Below, piece by piece: positions 9,114 to 16,608 of a DNA stretch of 64,000 nt. The stretch is taken from NCBI GenBank assembly GCA_963759275.1, contig CAVWYZ010000014.1, positions 865,201 to 929,200 on the forward strand. The letters run 5' to 3'. The position numbers and the translations under genes are program-made. How positions within the stretch are numbered: the first letter of the stretch is position 1; each line of letters opens with the position of its first letter. The notes beneath the pieces were generated by a model. The model was not told where the DNA came from and did no database searches. It was given only the letters and a program-made list of their open reading frames with translations. This DNA comes from Candidatus Acidiferrales bacterium. Lineage in GTDB: Bacteria; Acidobacteriota; Terriglobia; Acidiferrales; UBA7541.

Positions 9114-10874
9114 GTGCCGCCAATCGATCTAGTGCGAGCCGTTTGGATCTTATTCATTTTTACCACGGTGTTTTTCTTCGCGCCGATCTATCTCACCCCA
9201 ACTCGAGAGAGCCCCATGCAACTCCTCCGAGTAGTCGGCAACTTTGTCCGCGCACTACTCGCGGTGGCGATCGTGAGTGTAGTGCTGTCGCGTCTGAAGA
9301 TTTTCAACGCCACCACAATGCTTTTGCTTTTGCTACTTACACTGGTGATCGCCTGGGTGCGCAAGCGCGCGGCAACTTCCCGCGATTGGCTTACAGGCTT
9401 GCAAGAAGCGGTAATCGGAATCGTACGCTTCAGCGAAGGTCAATCGCGCAGTCGTCTCAGGAATGCACCTGCTCCGACCGAACAACGCGAAACGACGTCA
9501 CTTTTGACGGCTCTGCGAGGGAAAGAAATGCTGGCCGTAGCCCTCGTTGTGGTGGTGATCACGACGGGCGTCCTGTTCTTTGCACATTCTTTCCGTGAAC
9601 TGCGTCTCGACCAACCCGAGCAATATGAAGAGTTACTTCGGGGGCGAGAACTGATGCTTAACCTGCCTGTCCACGATCGTCCAGTAGTGTTCCCGTCTGT
9701 GGTGGCGACGATTGCGTTCCTTAGCAGTGCGGATCCAATGGACGTTACGCGCTTCCTAACGCCGGTGTTTGAATTATTCCTGGTTTTTGCGGCTGGCCTC
9801 TTGATTTTCGTATGCACCCGTGGCGCTGTGACCGCCATCGCGGCTGTCTATTGTTTAGGAACAGCCGCTTTCCAGTTCAGCGGAGGTGACGGAGCCGTAC
9901 CGATTTCCGCCGCGGAAAAGATCGAAAGCCTCCTCCGGAGCTCGTTGACAAGAACGCGAGGAAGTCCCGAGTTCGAAATTGGGCTGTTGTGCGTGGTGTT
10001 GACCCTGGCATTTCTGACGACCTGGCTCGAAGACGGCCGGGACTGGGATTCGCTGGTGGACGCAGCGTGCTGCGTGGTGATAGTCGCGGTGGCGTCTCCG
10101 TTTTTGCTTCTCGTTTGTATGATAGCGGCGGGATCGGTGCTGCTTCGACCGGTGGCGGGAATTGCAGCGTTTGTCCTCGTTTCGTACGGCTTGGCCACCT
10201 ACGGCGTGCTGTCTGGCGATCTGAGCGTTCCGCACGGGGGGTATCTGATTCTTGCGCTCGCCGCGGTATTGGGCGTGGGCTGCCTTCTGGGAATAATCGA
10301 ATCGAGATTGCTGGTGCCCATGGGAAAGACCGCCGAGCGAACACTTTTATTTGCTTACGTAGCCGTCGCCGTTCTGGTATTCCGTCCGCACCCGGTTGCT
10401 GCCCAATACCTTGAATACGAAAAAGCGGCTCGTGAAACGCAAGTGATTGCCGATCGATTCCCGCGTCAAACATGGGCCGTTGTGGCTCCCATAGAGCAAT
10501 TGGCGGAAACCCTGGGGTTGGGAGGATACGAGGATTTAGCGAACTTTGTTGAGAAGTATAAGGATCAAGCCGCGAATCCTGAGTTTCGTATTCCTGACGT
10601 GCCGGAGGATTTGTTCATCTATGTCGAAAAGACGCCGTTCCAGTTTTTCTCGCGCGAACCCCAAGTCGTCCCGATGAGTGTACTGGCCGACAGCACCTAC
10701 CGCAGTTACCGTTCACCCGCAGGGCGGGCCAGCCTGGAGTCGGCTGCACTACGGCTCTGTGAAAGCTATCAGCAATCGCACGGCAGCTCGACGGACATAT
10801 TTTATGAGGACCAAGCTCTGCGCATCTATCATTTGCGCCGGGAACCCAATTCGAAAACGGGAACAGGAGGCTGA
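9114..10874 (+). CDS. Unknown multi-pass membrane protein with a C-terminal extracytoplasmic domain (possible GT-C-like or polysaccharide-modifying enzyme)
   Basis: Many TM segments, then a soluble C-terminal domain (EYEKAARET..WAVVAPIEQL..LFIYVEKTPF..YED..LRIY). Tightly linked to the operon. Confidence 0.55.
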   Translation: MPPIDLVRAVWILFIFTTVFFFAPIYLTPTRESPMQLLRVVGNFVRALLAVAIVSVVLSRLKIFNATTMLLLLLLTLVIAWVRKRAATSRDWLTGLQEAVIGIVRFSEGQSRSRLRNAPAPTEQRETTSLLTALRGKEMLAVALVVVVITTGVLFFAHSFRELRLDQPEQYEELLRGRELMLNLPVHDRPVVFPSVVATIAFLSSADPMDVTRFLTPVFELFLVFAAGLLIFVCTRGAVTAIAAVYCLGTAAFQFSGGDGAVPISAAEKIESLLRSSLTRTRGSPEFEIGLLCVVLTLAFLTTWLEDGRDWDSLVDAACCVVIVAVASPFLLLVCMIAAGSVLLRPVAGIAAFVLVSYGLATYGVLSGDLSVPHGGYLILALAAVLGVGCLLGIIESRLLVPMGKTAERTLLFAYVAVAVLVFRPHPVAAQYLEYEKAARETQVIADRFPRQTWAVVAPIEQLAETLGLGGYEDLANFVEKYKDQAANPEFRIPDVPEDLFIYVEKTPFQFFSREPQVVPMSVLADSTYRSYRSPAGRASLESAALRLCESYQQSHGSSTDIFYEDQALRIYHLRREPNSKTGTGG

Positions 10875-10965
10875 GCGGTCGATTCGCAGTTACCGGGTGC
10901 ATGCCGCGCATTGCTGTTGAGATAAATCCACAGATCGAAGGAAGACATTTCAAACACTAAAGACA

Positions 10966-11886
10966 ATGTACACCGACTTTTACAAGCTGACGCGCAATCC
11001 ATTTGAAATAACGCCCGATCCTTACTTTCTGTATTCCACGAAAAGGCATAAAGAGGCGCTGGCCGCGCTTTATTACGGAGTTCGCCAGCGCAAAGGGTTT
11101 GTGGTGCTGACCGGTGAAGTGGGCACGGGAAAGACGCTGCTGATCCGTTGTCTCTTGCAGCTATGCAAAGGCACGGACATCGCTACCGCGTACGTCTTCA
11201 ATAGCCGGTTGTCGACTCTAGAATTTCTGCAATACGCAGCAACTGATTTGGGCCTCGCCGCCAGTAACAAACCAAAAGGCGACATCCTGGTCGATTTGAA
11301 CCGGTTTCTCCTCAGTCGTTACCATAAAAAATTAACGACTATGATGGTCGTGGACGAGGCGCACCATCTCTCGACCGAAATTTTGGAAGAGATCCGCCTT
11401 CTTACGAATTTGGAGACAGCGGATGAAAAGCTGATCCAAATTGTTCTGGTGGGACAATCGGAACTGAGCGACAAGCTGGACTCCTACGAGTTGCGGCAGC
11501 TGAAACAGCGCATTGCACTGCGCGCTTATCTGGAGCCGCTGGATCTAGAGAACACCAAAGGGTACGTGCGCTGCAGACTTCAGCTCGCCGGAGCCAATTC
11601 CGTTGCGGCCGCTTTGCTTCCAGATGAAACGGTCGCGAGAATCCACCACTTCTCGCGGGGCATCCCGCGTTTGATCAACACCATCTGCGACAATGCGTTA
11701 CTTACAGCATTTGCAAGGCAATTAACGAGTGTGCCCGCCAGCGTCATCGACGAAGTCGCTGAAGAACTGCGATTGCATGTCGGACGGCTGCGCAGTTTGT
11801 CGCTGTTCGAGATGGCTAAGGATCCGGATCAAACGCTGTCCGCTGGACAGAGGCTGCTGGAACTGCGGCAACACCAAAGTCTGTAG
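10966..11886 (+). CDS. ExeA/GspA-like AAA ATPase lacking the C-terminal peptidoglycan-binding part
   Basis: MY..FYKL..NPFEITPDP.FLY, Walker A GEVGTGKT, Walker B MVVDEAHHL, IVLVGQSEL, GIPRLINTICDNALL. Confidence 0.9.
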   Translation: MYTDFYKLTRNPFEITPDPYFLYSTKRHKEALAALYYGVRQRKGFVVLTGEVGTGKTLLIRCLLQLCKGTDIATAYVFNSRLSTLEFLQYAATDLGLAASNKPKGDILVDLNRFLLSRYHKKLTTMMVVDEAHHLSTEILEEIRLLTNLETADEKLIQIVLVGQSELSDKLDSYELRQLKQRIALRAYLEPLDLENTKGYVRCRLQLAGANSVAAALLPDETVARIHHFSRGIPRLINTICDNALLTAFARQLTSVPASVIDEVAEELRLHVGRLRSLSLFEMAKDPDQTLSAGQRLLELRQHQSL

Positions 11887-12086
11887 GAACAACCCTGCCA
11901 TCCTAAGGGAGTTCGTAAAGTGCTTCCGACTTTGGCTCGCGACGACCAAGGACCTGCCTGTACTTCAGAACAGTTTGAGTGACACATGCCGTGTGCTACG
12001 GTGGTGCCACCTAAGCTCTCTAACCCCACGGCGTTCTCCATTCCCGGAATCTATTCTCTGTTGGCTTTCGCTCGAAGGAATTCGCT

Positions 12087-15000
12087 ATGACGTTTTGTGG
12101 CAAACGAGTGGGTAGTTGCTGCCCAACTTTATGGGCGATGCTAACGTTTTTTGTTGTCCTGACAATGACACTGCAAGGTTGCGCGACGACGAGTAAAACC
12201 AACGTTCAGACGATTCCTCCCCTCAGCGTTTCCGTTTCTTCGCTGCCGAATGGACAGGTTGGAACGGCGTACACCGCCATGCTCACCGCAACCGGCGGAG
12301 CTACCCCGTATTCGTGGACGCTGGCCAGTGGGACACTGCCGGCAGGGCTTGCGTTGAATGCTGCTACCGGCGCCATTACGGGGACACCCACGCAGGCAGT
12401 GTCGAATGCTGCGCTTAGCTTTAAGGTGACGGATTCCAGTGTTCCGCCACAGACACAAACAGCCAGCCTCACGCTAACCGTAGACGCCGCGGTGATTCCA
12501 GTGAGTATCACCACAACATCGCTACCAACTGCGACGGTGAACGTGGCATATTCGCAGCAACTGGCGGCGACGGGTGGCAGTGGAAGCTGCACGTGGACAC
12601 TGACTACGCCGGTAGCCGGCTTCTCACTGAGTGCTTCCGGGCTGTTGACTGGCACACCGACGAGCACGACGACTCTCTCGTTGCAAGTAAAAGCGACCGA
12701 CAGCAAGAGCAGCAGTAATTCCGCAACAGCGACGCTCTCGCTGCAGGTCAGCGCAGCAGTTACGCCTGTGAGTATCAGCACGACTACTCTACCAGTTGCC
12801 ACGGAGAGCACCGCCTATTCACAGCAACTCGCGGCCACCGGTGGCAGTGGCAGCTATACGTGGACGCTGACCGCGCCGGTGACTGGCTTTTCGCTGAGTG
12901 CCTCCGGACTGCTGACCGGCACACCGGCGAGCACGGCAACACTTTCGTTCCAAGTGAAGGTAACCGACAGCACGAACAGCAGTAACTTCGCGACGGCGAC
13001 GCTTTCGCTGACGGTCAATGCCACGGTGACCCCGGTGAAGATCACGACAACCACGTTGCCCGCGGCGACCGTGAACGTGGCGTACTCACAGCAACTGGCT
13101 GCGAGTGGTGGCAGTGGCAGCTACACGTGGACCTTGACCACTCCGGTGAGCGGCTTTTCGCTGAGCAGTTCTGGGTTACTGACCGGCACACCAACAAGCA
13201 CGACAACGCTTTCGTTCCAGGTGAAAGCGACGGACGCCACTAGCAGCAGCAACTTCGGGACCACTACGCTCTCGCTAACGGTCAATGCCACCGTGACTCC
13301 TGTAAGCGTTACTACAACGACGTTGCCTGCGGCCACGGTGAACACTGCCTACTCACAGCAACTGGCCGCGAGTGGTGGCAGTGGCAGCTACACGTGGACG
13401 TTGACCACTCCGGTGACGGGCTTCTCGCTGAGTAGTTCTGGGCTGTTGACCGGCACGCCGACAAGCACGACGACGCTTTCTTTCCAGGTGAAGGCCACAG
13501 ACACCAAAACCACGAGCAATTCCGGGACCGCGACCCTGTCGTTGACCGTTCATGCGGCCGCGACTCCTGTAAGCGTGACTACGACCACGTTGCCCGCGGC
13601 GACGGTGAACGTGGCGTACTCACAGCAACTGGCTGCGAGTGGTGGCAGTGGAACGTATAACTGGACGCTGACGACTCCGGTGACGGGCTTCGCATTGAGC
13701 AGCGCTGGGCTGCTGACCGGTACGCCCACAAGTACGACGACGCTTTCTTTTCAGGTGAAAGCGACGGACACCACCAGCGGCAGCAACTTCGGGACGGCGA
13801 CGTTATCCCTGAAGGTGAACGCGGCGGTGGTCCCTGTAAGCGTGACCACAACGACGTTGCCCGCGGCGACGGTGAACGTGGCGTACTCACAGCAACTGGC
13901 CGCGAGTGGTGGAAGTGGAACGTATAACTGGACGCTGACCACTCCGGTGACGGGCTTTTCGTTGAGCAGTTCAGGGCTGCTGACCGGCACACCAACAAGC
14001 ACGACGACGCTTTCGTTCCAGGTGAAAGCGACGGACTCCACCAATAGCAGCGACTCTGGAACCGCCACACTGACGTTATCGGTCAACGCTGCTATTAGCG
14101 GGTCAGCCTTCTACGTTTCTCCTTCCGGAAGCGATTCGAATACCGGCACGCAGTTATCACCGTGGAAGACCATTCAGCACGCGGCCAATTCCGTGCACGC
14201 GGGAGACACCATTTACGTGCGCGCGGGGACCTACAACGAGTCCGTGACCATTGCGGTTTCGGGATCAGCAGCGGCCGGTCCGGTAATTTTCCAGAGCTAC
14301 CCCGGAGAGACGGCGATTGTGGACGGCACCGGGTTGACGCCATCCACTTCTGACGTGCAAGGGCTGTTTAACATCGAGGATGAGAGTTACGTCACGATTC
14401 AGGGATTCGAGATCCGTAACTACCAGACCTCGAGTTCCTCAGCCACGCCGGCGGGTATTTGGATCACCGGAGCAGGGAGCAACATCCAGATCCTGAACAA
14501 CGTGATTCACAACATCGTCACCACGTCGGAGGCCAGCGGCAACGCTTTTGGTATTGCGGTCTATGGGTCGGAAGCGCCCGCTGCGCTGGACAGTGTGACC
14601 ATCAGCGGCAACCAGGTGTACAGCTTGAAGACCGGCAACAGCGAGACGGTGAACGTGGATGGGAACGTGACGAACTTCGTGATCAACAACAACATCATCC
14701 ACGACAACGACAACATCGGCATCGATGTGATCGGATTCGAGGGAGTATCGCCGAATTCCGCGTACGACTATGCGCGGAACGGGGAAGTGAGCGGGAACAC
14801 GGTATACAACATATCGGCGATCAACAATCCGGGAGAAGGGAATGAGTACGATGCCGACGGGATCTACGTAGACGGGGGATCGCAAGTGGTGATCGAGCGC
14901 AACCTGGTGCACAACTGCGATCTGAACATCGAGGTGGCCAGCGAGCACAAAGGGCACGTCAGCAGCTACGTGACGGTGCGAAACAACCTGGTGTATGCGG

Positions 15001-15530
15001 GCAATTCCGTGGGCATTTCGATTGGCGGGTATGCCAGCAATGTGGGCGGCACGGACCACTGCACCATCGTGAACAACACGCTGTACGGCAACGACACGAA
15101 GAATACCGGCAGCGGGGAACTGCAAGTGCAGTACTACGCCACCAACAACATCTTCGAGAACAACATTGTGTACGCCACGTCGCAGGGTCTGCTGATCAAC
15201 AACTACACGAACAGCGAAGCGAATCCGGTGGTGGTGGATTACAACCTGTACTTCTCTTCGGTGAACTCGGGGTCGGCCGATTTTATCTGGAACGGCACAG
15301 ATCACACGGGATTTTCCGGCTACCAGTCGGCGACGGGGAACGACAGCCATTCCCAGTATGCCGATCCGCAGTTCCTGAGCCTGACAACACCGAACTTGCA
15401 GGTGCAAGCGACATCCCCGGCCGTGAATGGTGGGACGAACCTGGGGGCCGCGGTGGTGGGCACGGTGGACTATGCGGGTAATGCTCGCGTGCAAGGCAGC
15501 ACCATCGATATCGGCGCTTACGAACAGTAG
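12087..15530 (+). CDS. Predicted lipoprotein with 7 He_PIG (putative Ig) repeats and a C-terminal right-handed beta-helix (DUF1565/PL9-like) domain
   Basis: Lipobox LQGC at residue 32; seven ~89-aa repeats (TTTLP.ATVNVAYSQQLAASGGSG.Y.W); FYVSPSGSDSN.GT..SPWKTIQHA..GDTIYVRAGTYNE followed by beta-helix repeats. Confidence 0.85.
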   Translation: MTFCGKRVGSCCPTLWAMLTFFVVLTMTLQGCATTSKTNVQTIPPLSVSVSSLPNGQVGTAYTAMLTATGGATPYSWTLASGTLPAGLALNAATGAITGTPTQAVSNAALSFKVTDSSVPPQTQTASLTLTVDAAVIPVSITTTSLPTATVNVAYSQQLAATGGSGSCTWTLTTPVAGFSLSASGLLTGTPTSTTTLSLQVKATDSKSSSNSATATLSLQVSAAVTPVSISTTTLPVATESTAYSQQLAATGGSGSYTWTLTAPVTGFSLSASGLLTGTPASTATLSFQVKVTDSTNSSNFATATLSLTVNATVTPVKITTTTLPAATVNVAYSQQLAASGGSGSYTWTLTTPVSGFSLSSSGLLTGTPTSTTTLSFQVKATDATSSSNFGTTTLSLTVNATVTPVSVTTTTLPAATVNTAYSQQLAASGGSGSYTWTLTTPVTGFSLSSSGLLTGTPTSTTTLSFQVKATDTKTTSNSGTATLSLTVHAAATPVSVTTTTLPAATVNVAYSQQLAASGGSGTYNWTLTTPVTGFALSSAGLLTGTPTSTTTLSFQVKATDTTSGSNFGTATLSLKVNAAVVPVSVTTTTLPAATVNVAYSQQLAASGGSGTYNWTLTTPVTGFSLSSSGLLTGTPTSTTTLSFQVKATDSTNSSDSGTATLTLSVNAAISGSAFYVSPSGSDSNTGTQLSPWKTIQHAANSVHAGDTIYVRAGTYNESVTIAVSGSAAAGPVIFQSYPGETAIVDGTGLTPSTSDVQGLFNIEDESYVTIQGFEIRNYQTSSSSATPAGIWITGAGSNIQILNNVIHNIVTTSEASGNAFGIAVYGSEAPAALDSVTISGNQVYSLKTGNSETVNVDGNVTNFVINNNIIHDNDNIGIDVIGFEGVSPNSAYDYARNGEVSGNTVYNISAINNPGEGNEYDADGIYVDGGSQVVIERNLVHNCDLNIEVASEHKGHVSSYVTVRNNLVYAGNSVGISIGGYASNVGGTDHCTIVNNTLYGNDTKNTGSGELQVQYYATNNIFENNIVYATSQGLLINNYTNSEANPVVVDYNLYFSSVNSGSADFIWNGTDHTGFSGYQSATGNDSHSQYADPQFLSLTTPNLQVQATSPAVNGGTNLGAAVVGTVDYAGNARVQGSTIDIGAYEQ
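12501..14090 (+). repeat. Intragenic tandem repeat, 267-bp period (He_PIG repeats 2-7)
   Basis: gtgagtatca recurs at 12501 and 12768 (267 bp apart); later units are progressively more similar to each other. Confidence 0.85.
13570..15529 (+). repeat. Direct repeat copy 1 (~1.96 kb), partner at 17063-19022
   Basis: Constant offset of 3493 bp. About a dozen mismatches by eye, all in the first ~600 bp; the rest appears identical. Confidence 0.9.
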
Positions 15531-15641
15531 CTTGGAGCGATGTAGGCTGCATGGTTTTGGCTTCGTGGACCTTCGTGGTTGTCTTGGATTCATTGGAACA
15601 AGGGTATCCGTGCGGACCAGACTGACTGCTCTCCATAACCT

Positions 15642-16367
15642 ATGACTGCAATATCGGTACAACTGCCCTCCCATTGGACCGATGAATTGCTAGCCGCCGC
15701 CCGGACGGGCGACAAAGACGCCTTCAGTGCTTTGGTGGCCGGGCTGTCTCCGCGTCTTCACCGACTAGCGCGCCGCTTGACGCGAAACATAGAAGACGCC
15801 GAAGACGTGTGTCAGGAATCGATCTTAAAAGCGTTTACCAAGCTGGACCAATTTGCGGAGACACAAGAAGCGGCAAGTGATGATTTCCGCAATTGGCTTA
15901 CGACCATCACGGTGAACTCCGCGATCGATTGTAACCGGCGGAAACGGGCTTTCCAGATTGTCGACCTGGACGAACGCTCTTGCCCACACCGCGCGTCCTA
16001 CCAGACATCATGTGGATGGTATAGCGAGAATCCAGAAGGGTTCTACGCGCGGAAAGAACAAGCTCGGATCGTTGTGGATGCCATAACGAAACTGCCGAGG
16101 CGACTGCGAAATGTGTGCCTTCTCCGGAATGTGATGGATTTTTCCACTAAGGAAGTCGCCGCTCAATTGGGGATTTCGACGAATGCCGTGAGATTACGTT
16201 TATTTCGTGCGCACGGACAATTAAGAAAGAGTCTTGGGGTGATGGCGGTGGAACGCCGGCGGAAATATCGTCGCACGACACAATCCGGCGCCGCGAATCC
16301 GAGGTGGCAGCGCAATCGTAAGATCACGAGTAGAAATGATGCGCCTCCAGTAATTCTGCCTAATTGA
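15642..16367 (+). CDS. ECF (sigma-24 type) RNA polymerase sigma factor
   Basis: Region 2 (DAEDVCQESILKAF..L..F; WLTTITVNSAID) and region 4 (LP..LR.V.LLR....STKEVAAQLGISTNAVRLRLFRA). Confidence 0.88.
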   Translation: MTAISVQLPSHWTDELLAAARTGDKDAFSALVAGLSPRLHRLARRLTRNIEDAEDVCQESILKAFTKLDQFAETQEAASDDFRNWLTTITVNSAIDCNRRKRAFQIVDLDERSCPHRASYQTSCGWYSENPEGFYARKEQARIVVDAITKLPRRLRNVCLLRNVMDFSTKEVAAQLGISTNAVRLRLFRAHGQLRKSLGVMAVERRRKYRRTTQSGAANPRWQRNRKITSRNDAPPVILPN

Positions 16368-16608
16368 TTTCAGGCAGCTCGGCTCTCATCAATTCAGTAA
16401 GCGAGTCTTTCCTTCCTGTGCGGCCGCGCGTGCAGCTACGCGCGCGAGTACTGGTATAACCAGAAGTACTCCGCTCCTGTACCCCCCTCGAAAATCGCAT
16501 TGTACTTTAATCGTACCTTTGTACAGGTATCTTCCCGCACTTCCTCACTGCTAGAGTGAAATTCCCGGTTCTCGACCCCCATACACAGTCACCCGAACCG
16601 AATCTGAA

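Noticed and set aside
12501-14090. Regularly spaced repeats as a possible CRISPR array
   Set aside because: The period is 267 bp, the repeats are in-frame coding He_PIG domains, there are no unique spacers and no cas genes.
14439-15674. 411-aa minus-strand ORF, and its twin at 17932-18987
   Set aside because: Antisense shadow of the beta-helix domain; it recurs only because the DNA is duplicated.
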